A stretch of DNA of 64,000 nt from Planctomycetota bacterium (GTDB taxonomy: Bacteria > Planctomycetota > B15-G4), in assembly GCA_038212275.1 (NCBI GenBank), contig JBBQUR010000006.1, forward strand, positions 180,262 through 244,261, in the 5' to 3' direction. The notes below the pieces were generated by a model, which had not been told where the DNA came from, searched no databases, and worked only from the letters and a program-made list of their open reading frames with translations. This document shows, piece by piece, positions 1 through 10,478 of this stretch (within the stretch, counting starts at the first letter, position 1; every line of letters begins with the position of its first letter). The position numbers were made by a program, and so were the translations under genes.

Positions 1-1
1 C

Positions 2-1162
2 GGAGGCGAGGCCTGGTCACGTGATCTGGCCGATCAGCTGCTCCCGCGTTGCGGCGCCCTCTGGAACATGTATGGTCCGACCGAGACCACGGTCTGGTCG
101 GCGGTGCAGCGCGTGGAGGCGGGCGGCGCGCCGGTCTCGATCGGCACGCCCGTCGCGAACACGACGCTGCACGTGCTGGATGCCTCCGGCGAGCCGCTGC
201 CCGTCGGCGTGCCGGGCGAGTTGTGCATCGGCGGCGCGGGCGTGGCGCGCGGCTACTGGAAGCGGCCCGAGCTGACGGCAGAGCGCTTCGTGCCGGACGT
301 GCTGCAGGCGATCCCCGCTGCGCCAGCGCAGCCCATTGCGCAGGCAAGTCACGGTGCGCAGGCAAGTCAGGGTGCGCAGGCGGATCACGGTGCGCGCCTC
401 TACCGGACCGGAGACCGCGTGCGTCGCCGGGCCGACGGCACGCTGGAGTTTCTCGGCCGCCTCGATCACCAGGTGAAGGTGCAGGGCTTCCGGATCGAAC
501 CGGGCGAGATCGAGTCGGTGCTCGCGGCGCATCCGGGCGTGCGCGAGGCCGTGGTCGTGGCGCACGCCTTCGGCCCCGGCGACACGCGGCTGGTCGCCTA
601 TGTCGCGTCCTCCGGCGAGCAGCCGCCGACGACCGCTGCGCTGCAGGCCGCCGTGCGCGCGCGGCTTCCCGAATACATGCTGCCGTCGGTCTTCGTACCG
701 CTGGCTGCACTGCCCCGCACGCCGAACGGCAAGCTCGACCGCGCGGCGCTGCCCGCGCCGGAGCGCGTGCGCGTGCGGGCCGACTCCGCGGCGACGCTGC
801 CTCGGTCGCCGCTCGAGAAGCAGCTTGCCGCGATCTGGCAGGACCTGCTCAAGATCGACACGGTCTCCGTGCAGGACAACTTCTTCGATCTCGGCGGTCA
901 CTCGCTGTTGTCGATGCGCGTCGTCGCGCGCCTGCAGCGCGAGGCGGGCGTGCACCTCAATCCCGGCGAACTGGTCCTGCAGACGCTGGGCCAGGTGGCC
1001 GCGGCGTGCGAGCGCGCGCTGGAGGCACGGGACACGGCTGACGGAGCCGCTGACCCGACTGCGGCGGCAAGCGGAACGAGCAGCGCGTCCGGGGCGCCGC
1101 CGCGAGAGCCCGGCTGGCTGGCCAGGCTGCTGGGACGCGGGCGGCGCCTGGACGAGCGCTGA
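2..1162 (+). CDS. NRPS C-terminal part (adenylation domain C-half + peptidyl carrier domain), 5'-truncated by the window
   Basis: A-domain motifs GGEA..., NMYGPTETT, GELCIGGAGVARGY, YRTGD, GRLDHQVKVQGFRIEPGEIE, NGKLDR; PCP motif DNFFDLGGHSLL. Frame is open from position 2. Confidence 0.95.
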   Translation, partial: GGEAWSRDLADQLLPRCGALWNMYGPTETTVWSAVQRVEAGGAPVSIGTPVANTTLHVLDASGEPLPVGVPGELCIGGAGVARGYWKRPELTAERFVPDVLQAIPAAPAQPIAQASHGAQASQGAQADHGARLYRTGDRVRRRADGTLEFLGRLDHQVKVQGFRIEPGEIESVLAAHPGVREAVVVAHAFGPGDTRLVAYVASSGEQPPTTAALQAAVRARLPEYMLPSVFVPLAALPRTPNGKLDRAALPAPERVRVRADSAATLPRSPLEKQLAAIWQDLLKIDTVSVQDNFFDLGGHSLLSMRVVARLQREAGVHLNPGELVLQTLGQVAAACERALEARDTADGAADPTAAASGTSSASGAPPREPGWLARLLGRGRRLDER

Positions 1163-1227
1163 ACTCCGCCCTTACGGCGTCGTGCTCTTCACCGCGTTCG
1201 AGAGCGAGAAGCCGGTGCACCGGTCGG

Positions 1228-1298
1228 GCGCCGAGGCCGTGGCGCCGAGGCCGTGGCGCAGAGGTCGCGGCGCAGGGGTCGCGGCGCAGCGGCCCGCG
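1228..1298. repeat. Degenerate 14-bp tandem repeat (~5 units) between convergent genes
   Basis: GCGCCGAGGCCGTG x2, then GCGCAGAGGTCGCG, GCGCAGGGGTCGCG, GCGCAGCGGCCCGCG. Confidence 0.75.
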
Positions 1299-1308
1299 GG
1301 GCGGGCCG

Positions 1309-2820
1309 TCACACGCCGTAGACGTCGGCCAGCCGCCCCCTGATGTGCCGCGCGAAGGCCTCGGTGTCCAGCACCTTGCCCGTCACGCGCCTGCAGATCT
1401 GCTCGGCCGTGTAGACCTGGTCGTGCCGATGGATGTTGTCGTGCAGCCAGTCGCGCAACGTGTGCAGGTCGCCCTTCGCGATGCGCTTGTCGAGGCCGCG
1501 GATCTGGGCGCGCGCCGCTTCCATGAACTGTGCGGCGTAGAGATTGCCGAGGCTGTACGTGGGGAAGTAGCCGAAGAGGCCCATGGCCCAGTGGATGTCC
1601 TGCAGGACGCCTTCGCTGTCATGGCGGGGGCGGATGCCGAGCACCTCGGCCATGCCGTCGTTCCAGCGCTGCGGCAGGTCCTTGACCGACTGCCGGCCCT
1701 CGATGAGGTCGCGCTCGATCTCGTAGCGCAGGATGATGTGCAGGTTGTAGGTGAGTTCGTCGGCCTCGACGCGGATGAACGACGGGCGCACGATGTTCGC
1801 GGCGCGCCAGATCTCGTCCACCGTCGTGCCCTTGAGCTGCGGGTGCAGCGCCACGAGCTTCGGCAGCCAGTGCACCCAGAACGGGTGGCCTCGCGCGATG
1901 AAGTTCTCCCACAGCCGCGACTGGCTCTCGTGGATGGCCATCGAGATGGCGCCGCCCAGCGGCGAGCGGCCGCGTGCGGGATCGAGGCCTTGCTCGTAGA
2001 GGCCGTGGCCCGCCTCGTGAATGACGCCGAAGAGTCCGCCGCGCAGATCCTTCTCGTCGAAGCGGGAGGTCATGCGCACGTCGCGCGGCGCGATGCCCGT
2101 GCAGAAGGGATGCGTGGAGAGGTCGAGGCGGCCGGCCTGCAGGTCGATGCCCATCGCCTCCACGACGGCGCGCGAGAAGCTGCGCTGCGCCGCGATGTCG
2201 AAGCGCCCGACGAGCGGCGCGGTGTCGATGCGGAGCTTGCGCTTGCCGACGGCGCGCACGAGCGGCACGGTGATCGCGCGCAGCTCGTCCAGCAGCGGGT
2301 CGATGCTCGCGATGGTCGCACCGGGTTCGTAGTCGTCGAGCAGCGCGTCGTAGAGGCGGCCCTTGCCGGCCTTCAGCTTCGCGACGCGGCGCTTCAGTCC
2401 GATCATGTGCTCGAGCGCAGGGCGGAAGAGCGCCCAGTCCTTCTTGAGGCGCGCCGCGCGCCAGGTCTCCAGGCCACGGCTCTCGGCCAGCGCGAGGTCG
2501 CGCGCGAGATCGGGCGGAATGCACGTGGCCTTGTCCACCGAGCGCTTCGTGAGTTCCAGGCCGCGCCGCTGCAGGGGCGAGAGCCGCGCGCGCCCCGTGT
2601 GCAGCGTGGCGACGAGCCTGCCGAGTGCCGGGTCGGTCGTCCGCTCGTGCGCGACGGTGGCCAGCGCGGCCATGACGTGAGCGCGGCTGCCCGCGCCGGC
2701 CGGCGGCATCATGACTTCCTGGTCCCAGCCGACGAGCGAACCCGCCGCGGAGAGGTCGCGGATCTCCGCCACGCGGCGCTCGAGTTCGGCCCAGGACTTC
2801 GGGGTGGCCTTGCGTGCCAT
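1309..2820 (-). CDS. Carboxypeptidase Taq (M32 family metallocarboxypeptidase)
   Basis: HPF, HEAGH (HExxH), HESQS, IRVEADELTYNLH, QDIHW and GYFPTYSLGN motifs; 503 aa. Confidence 0.95.
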   Translation of the reverse strand: MARKATPKSWAELERRVAEIRDLSAAGSLVGWDQEVMMPPAGAGSRAHVMAALATVAHERTTDPALGRLVATLHTGRARLSPLQRRGLELTKRSVDKATCIPPDLARDLALAESRGLETWRAARLKKDWALFRPALEHMIGLKRRVAKLKAGKGRLYDALLDDYEPGATIASIDPLLDELRAITVPLVRAVGKRKLRIDTAPLVGRFDIAAQRSFSRAVVEAMGIDLQAGRLDLSTHPFCTGIAPRDVRMTSRFDEKDLRGGLFGVIHEAGHGLYEQGLDPARGRSPLGGAISMAIHESQSRLWENFIARGHPFWVHWLPKLVALHPQLKGTTVDEIWRAANIVRPSFIRVEADELTYNLHIILRYEIERDLIEGRQSVKDLPQRWNDGMAEVLGIRPRHDSEGVLQDIHWAMGLFGYFPTYSLGNLYAAQFMEAARAQIRGLDKRIAKGDLHTLRDWLHDNIHRHDQVYTAEQICRRVTGKVLDTEAFARHIRGRLADVYGV

Positions 2821-3097
2821 GAGTGGTCTCCGTGCGGTCGGTGCGGTTCGCGTTGCTTGTTGTGCGGCCGTTGCAGCCGGTGCGGCTTGCGCGGCCGGTG
2901 CGGTGGGCGTGATGGGAGCCGTTGCGCGGCGGGTGCGACGTCGCGGCTTCCACCGGGACGCGAGGCGCCATCATGCCCCGCCGGTGCGGACCATCAAGCG
3001 CTCGCGTCGGCGAAGCGGGGCCGAAAGCATGGCGAGCCTCGCGGCTGCCGCGCTAGCATTCCCGCGATGCCGCACCACGATGGTCAGGAGATCCGGG

Positions 3098-3748
3098 ATG
3101 TCCTCTGAAGCCACGCTCGTGACCGCTCGCCATTTCGAGTATCTGGCCGCTCGCACCGCGCCCGAGGGCGAGTTCCTCGGGCAGCTGAAGGCGGCGGCGA
3201 GCGCGGCCGGCATCCCGTCCATCTGGATCTCGCCCGCGCAGGCCAGCCTCATGCAGATCCTGCTGAAGCTCCAGCGCGCGCGCACCGTGCTGGAGGTGGG
3301 CACGCTGGCCGGCTACTCGGCCATCGCGATGGCGCGCGCCCTGCCGCCCGACGGCCACGTGCACACCATCGAGCTCTCCGACAAGCATGCGGACTTCGCG
3401 CAGGCCTGGGTGGCGCGCTCGGACGTGGCGGGGCGGGTGACGGTCCATCGCGGCGCCGGCCTCGCCGTGCTGCCGCAGTTCGACGCGGACTCCGCCGACG
3501 CCGCTTTCCTCGATGCGGACAAGGGCAACTATCCCGGCTACCTGCAGCACGCCCTGCGCATCGTGCGCAGCGGCGGGCTCATCATGGTGGACAACGCCTT
3601 CGCCTTCGGTCAGCTGCTCGACGAGCACCCGACCGACCGCGAGGTCGGCGCGGTGCGCGCCTTCAACGAGATCATGGCCGCCGAGAAGCGCGTGCAGGCC
3701 GTCATCGTGCCCATCGGCGACGGCCTCTGGGTGGGCGTCAAGCGCTGA
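3098..3748 (+). CDS. O-methyltransferase (caffeoyl-CoA/COMT-like, class I SAM)
   Basis: VLEVGTLAGYSAI, FLDADK, GGLIMVDNA, PIGDGL motifs; AGGAG ahead of ATG 3098. Confidence 0.9.
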   Translation: MSSEATLVTARHFEYLAARTAPEGEFLGQLKAAASAAGIPSIWISPAQASLMQILLKLQRARTVLEVGTLAGYSAIAMARALPPDGHVHTIELSDKHADFAQAWVARSDVAGRVTVHRGAGLAVLPQFDADSADAAFLDADKGNYPGYLQHALRIVRSGGLIMVDNAFAFGQLLDEHPTDREVGAVRAFNEIMAAEKRVQAVIVPIGDGLWVGVKR

Positions 3749-5267
3749 CGGTGCGGCGCGGGCCGTCGGTCCCGGCGCGCGGCGTGTCGGCTCGCGTGTT
3801 CAGCGCCACGGCGAGCAGCAGCGCCGAGGGCAGCAGCTGCAGCAGCAGCCGGTCCCAGGCGTGCGCCATCCAGTTGTCGAGGCCGGCCTTCTGGATCTCC
3901 AGCAGCATGACACCCAGGAGCACCGCGCAGAACTGACCGACGAGCACCGCCGCCAGGGCGAGCCGGGCCAGGCTTCTCCGGTCGGCACGCACGTGGCGCA
4001 TCATGCCGACGGCGCATGCCAGCAGCACGAACGGGCCCGTGACGCCCCAGAGCTCGATCTGCTTCAGGCTGTGCCACCAGCCGGCCGCCATCGCCGGCAC
4101 GACCTCGGGAAGTCGCGCGAGTTGTCCGGGCGTCGGCGGTCGGATGTAGACCTGTGGCACGAAGGTCGCGGCAAGCGCCTTCCACGCGAGCAGCACGACG
4201 ACCGGCAGGGCCAGCCAGGCGAGCGCGAGCCACGGCGGGCGGACACGGGCACCGGCATCCTCCGGGTGGGAGCCGGCGCTGCCGCGCGACCAGCCGAGCA
4301 GCAGTGCGCAGAGGCCGAGCGGCACGAGCAAGGAGCACCACACGGCGCCCTCGTTCTTCATCAGCGTGGCGCTTGCGGCGGCGATCATGGCGGCGAGCAC
4401 ATCCGCCGGCGCGCGCGTCCTCAACGCGCGCAGCAGGAAGCCGAGGCTCGCGGCGAACTGCAGCCCGAGCGGAAAATCCACGTAGGTGGTGCCGGGCGAG
4501 CCGGGCACGGTGGCGGCGGCCATGACCGGCGTCCAGAGCAGCAGGCCCAGCGCGAGCAGCGCCGTCGTGCGGCCCGCCGCGTCGCGCAGCAGCGAGTAGA
4601 GCAGCATCAGTCCGGCGCAGAGGAAAAACAGGTAGCCGGGCTTGGCGGCGTGGTCGTCCTCGGAGCCGAGCACGCTGTACTGAGCGAAGGCCAGCAGCGG
4701 GCGGTAGAGCGGATAGTCCGGATTGGCGTGGATGCGGCGCGCGTCGGCGAAGACCTCGCTGAAGCGCCCGCCGTGGCTGGTGTCGAGCCGCGCGCCGTCG
4801 AACAACCACGCAGCCTTGGCGTTCCAGAAGGCCACGCTGTCGTAGCTGACATCCGGCAGGCCGACGAGTTGCACGGCGATGAGCAGCAGCGGCGGCAGCA
4901 GCAGGCACGCGAGCAGCGCAACGAGCCGGCGCCGTGACACGGAGCGGGTCGCGATGGTCGCGATGGTCGCGCCGCGTGCCGCGGCGTGCGCGCGGTGCCA
5001 GCGCAGCAGTCCTGCGGGCAGCACGGCGAGTCCGGCGATCACGAGAGCCCACACGGCGGGCGTCGTCGGCAGGGCGGGGCCCCAGGTCAGCATGACCCCG
5101 TGAAGGGCAAGCACGGCCAGCAGGGCGCCCGCGAAGTATGCGGCGGGGAGCGCAAGCAGCGGCGGCCAGTCACGCACGCCACGGACGCGGCCGAGCAGCA
5201 GCAGGCCAAGGCCGAGCCAGCTCAAGTGCAGGGCGAGGAGCGGCAGCCATGCGCTGAGGAGGCTCAT
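3738..5267 (-). CDS. Polytopic membrane protein, GT-C (ArnT/PMT-like) glycosyltransferase candidate
   Basis: About 12 hydrophobic segments; D..AFWNAKA, H.NPDYP and KNEG motifs of the type seen in GT-C-like proteins. Confidence 0.6.
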   Translation of the reverse strand: MSLLSAWLPLLALHLSWLGLGLLLLGRVRGVRDWPPLLALPAAYFAGALLAVLALHGVMLTWGPALPTTPAVWALVIAGLAVLPAGLLRWHRAHAAARGATIATIATRSVSRRRLVALLACLLLPPLLLIAVQLVGLPDVSYDSVAFWNAKAAWLFDGARLDTSHGGRFSEVFADARRIHANPDYPLYRPLLAFAQYSVLGSEDDHAAKPGYLFFLCAGLMLLYSLLRDAAGRTTALLALGLLLWTPVMAAATVPGSPGTTYVDFPLGLQFAASLGFLLRALRTRAPADVLAAMIAAASATLMKNEGAVWCSLLVPLGLCALLLGWSRGSAGSHPEDAGARVRPPWLALAWLALPVVVLLAWKALAATFVPQVYIRPPTPGQLARLPEVVPAMAAGWWHSLKQIELWGVTGPFVLLACAVGMMRHVRADRRSLARLALAAVLVGQFCAVLLGVMLLEIQKAGLDNWMAHAWDRLLLQLLPSALLLAVALNTRADTPRAGTDGPRRTVSA

Positions 5268-5701
5268 TTCGACTCGCTGCCGCCGGGCACGAGCGTCCAG
5301 CCGAGCGGATCGCCGTTGGTGAGCGTCAGCAGGTGGAAGGACTGCTGCTGCGCCGTCAGCTCCGCGCGCAGGGCGTCGCTGTCCGCGAAGACTCGGCGCC
5401 CCGGAAAGCGCGCAGCGACGAACGGCGTCGGCACGCCGTGGGTGGAGAGCAGGATCGCGTCGTCCGCGGGCAGCGCTTCGATGGCGGTGTACACGGGCAG
5501 CAGCCGCGCGTACCAGCCATCGTGTTCGCGGCGCAGCGTCTCGCTGTCATGCGCGGCGACGTCGGCAACGAGCGTCGTGAGCGCGGGGAACAGCGCCGTC
5601 GGGCCCGGCCGCAGCGCGATCACGATGCTGGCGAGCAGCCCGAGGCCGAGCGCCGCGACGAGCGCCGGATGCGGAGGGGGTGTCGGAGCGCGTGGCGGCA
5701 C
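5264..5701 (-). CDS. Hypothetical membrane-anchored protein
   Basis: N-terminal hydrophobic helix; 4-bp overlap with the downstream gene; GTG start chosen by eye. Confidence 0.55.
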   Translation of the reverse strand: MPPRAPTPPPHPALVAALGLGLLASIVIALRPGPTALFPALTTLVADVAAHDSETLRREHDGWYARLLPVYTAIEALPADDAILLSTHGVPTPFVAARFPGRRVFADSDALRAELTAQQQSFHLLTLTNGDPLGWTLVPGGSESK

Positions 5702-5775
5702 GCCGCGATCTTCGCTTCCCGCGGCCGTCGTTGCACGAGGGCGGCCCCGTGCGGCGGGCCTGCCCGAGCCCCGCG

Positions 5776-7623
5776 TCAGGGCGTGATGGTCGTGGTGCTG
5801 ACCCCGGAGGCGCCGGTGAAGCCGCCGTGGAAAGTGACCACCTGCGAGTGGAACACGACGCCGACCGCGCTGGCCGGCACCCAGATCGGCAGCGACCCCA
5901 GGCCGCGTCCATCGAGGCTGCCGCTCGAGAGCATCACGAAGTGCTGCAGGATGTCCCAGCCATTCCACGGGAGGGTCGAGTCGTCGAGCGCGATGAGCAG
6001 CGCCCATGACTGCTGGCTGCCGCCGCCGAAGCTCCAGTGCGCCGAGGCAGCTCCGGGAATGTCGGTCGGGATGTCGAGCCGGGGCGGGGCCGTCTCGATC
6101 CACGTGATCGCGGCGCTGTCGCTCGTGCCGCCCGGGCCCGTGAGCGTGAGCGTGCCGGGGCCGAGCGCGGGGGCGTCCGGCAGCGTGACGAGGAGGTTCT
6201 GTTCGTCCGCGGCGGAGAAGGCCAGCGCCGGCACGCCGCCCGCACTCACGGCGGACACGGCGGACATCCCGCTGCCTGTGATGGCGAGCGTGGCGCCATG
6301 GAAAGCTTCCACGCCGGCGGGTGCGAGGGCGCTGATCTCGGGAGCGAGCGGCGGCACGAGCGCGTTCAGCGCGGCCGCCATGTCGATGCGCCCGTGCGCG
6401 ACCCAGGTCCCGACGTCCACGGCGCTGCTTTCCAGCGCGGCCCGCACGAGCAGGGCGCTGCTCGGATTGCGCGTGCCGCCGAGCCGCGCGTAGAGCAGGT
6501 CCGCGGCGCCCGCCACGAGCGGGCAGGCCATCGACGTGCCGTTCATCGTCGTGTAGCCGCCGTCCTTGTACGTGGAGTAAATGGTCTGGCCCGGCGCGGC
6601 CACGTCCACCCAGCTTCCGTAGTTGGAGAAGGATGCACGGCTGTCCGAACTGGTGGACGCCGCGACGGCGATCACGAAGTCATGCGCGGCCGGATAGAAC
6701 TTCGTGGCCACGCCGTCGTTGCCGGCCGCCGCGACGAGCACGCAGCCCGCATCGCGCGCCGCCTGCAGCGAGGTGCGGATGGCGGGATCGTTGTAATTGC
6801 TGCCCCACGACATCGAGAGCACGAGCGCGCCCCGCGCGACGGCGTCGTCGATGGCGGCGACGAGAGCGCTCGTCGGGAAGCTGCTGTTGCCGCAGCGGTA
6901 GCTCGCGAAGCGGCCGGCCCAGGCCGCGCCGGCGACGCCCACGCCGTTGTCCGTCTCCGCGGCCGCGATGCCGCAGCAGTGCGTGCCGTGGCCGTAGCTG
7001 TCCGTGGGATCGTTGTCGCCGGCGTAGGTGTCGAGGCCCCACGCGTAGTGGCCATCGAGGTCCGGGTGCGTGGTGTCCACGCCCGAATCGATGACGGCGA
7101 CGACGGCGGCCGGGTCGCCCGTGTAGATGGCCCAGGCCTCGGGAGCGCGGACCTTCGAGAGGTTCCACTGGCTGCTCCACTTCGGGTCGGCCGGCACGGC
7201 GCCGGGGACGACGGCCGGCAGCGCGACGACGGGCCGGTGCAGCACGTTGGGCTGGGCGAAGCTCACGTCGGCCGTCGCCTGGTAGCGCGCGATGAAGGTG
7301 TCGAGGTCCGAGCCGGCAGGCAGCGCGACGCGCGCGAGCGACGCACTCACGGCGCCGAGCCGCTGGCAGCCCAGCGCGGTGTGGCGCGCCTGCTGCTGCG
7401 CGGCCGGCGTGCCGGGCTGGAACTGCACCAGCAGCTCGCCCGCCACGACCTGCTGGCCGCGCCACGTGGCGCTGGCGAGGTTCGGATCCGGGCGGTTCTG
7501 CGCGGAGAGCATCGCCGTGCAGCCGAGCTGCAGCGCACAGGCGATCAGCACCCGCAGGAGGCGTCGCACGGCGGGAGGGTTCGGCGGAGGCGAGGGCTGG
7601 CACATCGGGACGGACTCCGGCAT
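5776..7623 (-). CDS. S8 subtilisin/thermitase-like serine protease with propeptide, IPT/TIG-like domain and C-terminal beta domain
   Basis: Catalytic motifs VIDSGVD, HGTHCCG, AAAGN, GTSMACP; signal-peptide-like N-terminus. Confidence 0.93.
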   Translation of the reverse strand: MPESVPMCQPSPPPNPPAVRRLLRVLIACALQLGCTAMLSAQNRPDPNLASATWRGQQVVAGELLVQFQPGTPAAQQQARHTALGCQRLGAVSASLARVALPAGSDLDTFIARYQATADVSFAQPNVLHRPVVALPAVVPGAVPADPKWSSQWNLSKVRAPEAWAIYTGDPAAVVAVIDSGVDTTHPDLDGHYAWGLDTYAGDNDPTDSYGHGTHCCGIAAAETDNGVGVAGAAWAGRFASYRCGNSSFPTSALVAAIDDAVARGALVLSMSWGSNYNDPAIRTSLQAARDAGCVLVAAAGNDGVATKFYPAAHDFVIAVAASTSSDSRASFSNYGSWVDVAAPGQTIYSTYKDGGYTTMNGTSMACPLVAGAADLLYARLGGTRNPSSALLVRAALESSAVDVGTWVAHGRIDMAAALNALVPPLAPEISALAPAGVEAFHGATLAITGSGMSAVSAVSAGGVPALAFSAADEQNLLVTLPDAPALGPGTLTLTGPGGTSDSAAITWIETAPPRLDIPTDIPGAASAHWSFGGGSQQSWALLIALDDSTLPWNGWDILQHFVMLSSGSLDGRGLGSLPIWVPASAVGVVFHSQVVTFHGGFTGASGVSTTTITP

Positions 7624-7683
7624 CGGGCGGATGTCCCGTTCTTCGGCACGCTCGCGTCGTGCCCTGAGCTCAATCGCGGCGAT

Positions 7684-8415
7684 TCAGTCGGCGGGGCGGC
7701 CTGCGGGGCCCGCGCCGGACTTGCCGCCGAGGCCGGCCGCGGCGGCCTGCGCGCGCTGCTGGGCGCGCCGGTGGCGGATGACCACGCCTTCGACGAGGAA
7801 GACGACGTCCTCCGCGATGTTGGTGGTCTGGTCGGCCATGCGCTCGAGCTGCCGGCTGGCGGAGAGCAGGTCCACGCAGCGCTCGACGCTGGCCGGCGCG
7901 CTCTGCATGCGCGCCTGCAGCGCCGCGAAATTCTCCCGGTGGATCTCGTTGACCTGCCGGTCGCGCGCGCAGACGTCGCGCGCCAGCTCGGAGTTGCGCG
8001 AGACGAGCGCGTCGAGCGCGTCGTGCAGCATGACGCGCACGACCTCGGTCATGCGTTCGAACTGCAGCGGGAGGTCGAGCGGGTCGTGCGCCGCGAGGTC
8101 CAGGGCGCGCTCGGCCATGTTGCAGGCGAGATCGCCGATGCGCTCGAGGTCGTTGTTGATCTTGAGCACGGCCGTGATGTAGCGGAGATCGGAGGCGACG
8201 GGCTGGTGCAGGGCGAGGATGCGCAGGCACTCCTCGTCCACGTCCAGCTCGACCATGTCGATCGAGTCGTCGGCTTCGAGCACGCGGCGCGCGAGATCGA
8301 CGCGGCGCTGCGTGAGCGCGGTGGTCGCGTTGCGCGTCGCTTCCTCGACCATGCCGCCCATGCGCAGGATGCGCTGACGCAGCAGCTGCAGGTCGTCGTC
8401 GAGGGACTTGGTCAC
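7684..8415 (-). CDS. phoU: Phosphate signalling complex protein PhoU
   Basis: DDSIDMVE, QPVASDLR, DLERIGD, LERMADQTTNIAE; GTG start overlaps the phoR stop. Confidence 0.93.
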   Translation of the reverse strand: MTKSLDDDLQLLRQRILRMGGMVEEATRNATTALTQRRVDLARRVLEADDSIDMVELDVDEECLRILALHQPVASDLRYITAVLKINNDLERIGDLACNMAERALDLAAHDPLDLPLQFERMTEVVRVMLHDALDALVSRNSELARDVCARDRQVNEIHRENFAALQARMQSAPASVERCVDLLSASRQLERMADQTTNIAEDVVFLVEGVVIRHRRAQQRAQAAAAGLGGKSGAGPAGRPAD

Positions 8416-10367
8416 GGGGACTCGGTGGGTGACGCCCGGGTGGCGGGCGCTCCTGGTGCGGGCGCCGACTTCGTTCGAGGCCCGGTCGCGGGCGCCAAGG
8501 TAGCCGGGCCGGAGGGCAAGGCCAAGCCTGCTGCCTGCGGGGCACCGGGCGCCGCCCCGGCGGTCCGCAGCGGAATGGTGATGCGGAAGCTGCTGCCCCG
8601 TCCGAGGGTGCTCTGGACCGAGGCCCGGCCGCCGTGGGCGCGCGCGACGTGGCGCACGATGGAAAGCCCGAGTCCGGTGCCGCCCAGCTCGCGCGAGCGG
8701 TTCTTGTCCACCCGGTAGAAGCGCTCGAAGATGCGCTCGGTCTCGTGGGCGGGGATGCCGGGGCCGGTGTCGGAGACCTCCACCCAGGCCTCGCCACCCG
8801 GGCTGCCTTCCGCGCCGGACGGAGCCGTGGTGCCCAGCTCGAGGCGCACGCGGCTGTCTTCCGGCGAGTACTTGATGGCGTTGTCGAGCAGGTTGGTGAT
8901 CGCCGTGGCCAGGGCAGTGCGGTCGCCGAGCACCGGCACCTCCGTGCCGGGCAGGCCGGCCTGCAGCTGGATGCGGCGCAGCGCGGCGGCGGAGGATGCG
9001 TCCTCGTGGCACGAGGCGGCGATCTCGCGCAGGTCGAGCGGCTGGAGCTGCAGTGCGCCGTCCTCGGCCTCGATGCGAGCCAGCGAGAGCAGGTCGCTCA
9101 CGATGGCGACCATGCGGTCGGTGTTCTCCCGCGCACGCTGCAGGAAGCGCGTGCGCGTGGCGGGCACCATGTCGGGTTCGTCGAGCACGGCTTCGACGAA
9201 GCCGCGCATGGAGGTGAGCGGCGTCTTCAGTTCGTGGCTCACGTTGGTCACGAAGTCGCGGCGCACGAGTTCGAGGCGGCGCACCTCCGTCAGGTCCTGC
9301 AGCACGAGGACGCAGCCCCACGGGCCGTGGTCGTCGGCGAGGGGCGAGGCGGTGAGGCGCAACACGCGGTCGTGGTTGTCGCCGACGAGGAGCGCCTCGC
9401 CCGTCGCGATGCGCCCCTGCGCAAGACAGCGCGCGATGACGTCGACGATCTCGAGCGTGCGCGTGACCTCCCACACCGGGCGCCCGCGCGCCTGGCCGGG
9501 CGGCACCTCAAGGATGGTTGCCGCCGCGGCGTTCAGGAGGACGATGCGCTGGCTGGCGTCCGTGGCGAGCACGCCTTCGGTCATCGAGGAGAGCACTGCG
9601 AGCAGCTCCGTCTGGTCGCGAAGGATGCGCTGGAAACGCTCGTCGAGGCGGTCGGCCATGATGTTGACCGCCGATGCGAGGCCCGAGAGCTCGCCCTGGC
9701 CGGAGACGGGCAGGCGTTCAGCAGTCTCGCCGCGCGCCACGCCGTCCACGAAGGTCGTGATGCGCTGCATCGGCCGGTTCACGCCGCGCGCCAGGATGAG
9801 AGCGGCCAGCGCTCCGAGCGCCAGCGCCACGCCCGCCGAGAGCAGCAGCGCGGAGCGCAGGCTTGCGTGCTCCGCGGCGAGGTCGTCCGCCGGGATGGCC
9901 ACGCGCGCGTAGCCGAGCAGCGAGCCGTCGGCGCTCTCGATGGGGAGAGCGTCGTAGAGCATGTCGACGCCGAGCGTGCGGCTCCAGCGCAGCACGGGTT
10001 CGTGCGGACAGCGCGCCGCGAGGATCTCCGGACGGGTGGCGTGGTTGTCCATGTCCTGCGCGCGTTCGTGCGTGTCGGCCACGACCGTGCCGTCGGGGAG
10101 CACGATGGTGAAGCGCCGGCCGGGAGCGAGCGACGCGGCACGGGAGAGCAGGTCGGGCAGCTCGACGCCGAGCTGCGCCGGGCTGTCGCCGCGTTCGAGC
10201 GGAGCGCGGCACGCGGCGGCCAGCAGCGCCGCGTGACCCGCCAGCTCGCGCCGCGTGGCGGAGGCGCCGAGTTCGGTCAGCTGATCGAATGCCAGCGTGC
10301 CCATGACGGCCAGCGCGACGGCGGCAGCGAGCGCGATCGCGGCGAAGACCTTCCAGAAACCCGTCAT
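8412..10367 (-). CDS. phoR: Phosphate regulon sensor histidine kinase (HAMP, PAS, HisKA, HATPase)
   Basis: Two TM helices, DNH..RPE periplasmic motif, RRDFVTNVSHELKTPL, NLLDNAIKY, FYRVDK.RSR..GGTGLGLSIV; lies between phoB and phoU. Confidence 0.92.
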   Translation of the reverse strand: MTGFWKVFAAIALAAAVALAVMGTLAFDQLTELGASATRRELAGHAALLAAACRAPLERGDSPAQLGVELPDLLSRAASLAPGRRFTIVLPDGTVVADTHERAQDMDNHATRPEILAARCPHEPVLRWSRTLGVDMLYDALPIESADGSLLGYARVAIPADDLAAEHASLRSALLLSAGVALALGALAALILARGVNRPMQRITTFVDGVARGETAERLPVSGQGELSGLASAVNIMADRLDERFQRILRDQTELLAVLSSMTEGVLATDASQRIVLLNAAAATILEVPPGQARGRPVWEVTRTLEIVDVIARCLAQGRIATGEALLVGDNHDRVLRLTASPLADDHGPWGCVLVLQDLTEVRRLELVRRDFVTNVSHELKTPLTSMRGFVEAVLDEPDMVPATRTRFLQRARENTDRMVAIVSDLLSLARIEAEDGALQLQPLDLREIAASCHEDASSAAALRRIQLQAGLPGTEVPVLGDRTALATAITNLLDNAIKYSPEDSRVRLELGTTAPSGAEGSPGGEAWVEVSDTGPGIPAHETERIFERFYRVDKNRSRELGGTGLGLSIVRHVARAHGGRASVQSTLGRGSSFRITIPLRTAGAAPGAPQAAGLALPSGPATLAPATGPRTKSAPAPGAPATRASPTESP

Positions 10368-10478
10368 CGTCGTGGCTGCTCGGTGGGGCGACGGGCGTCG
10401 CCCGAGGTCTGATGAACGAGGCGTTTCGAAAGGGAGCCGTCGCGGGTCAACTGTCGTCGCGGGCCCGATGCGGCCGGA

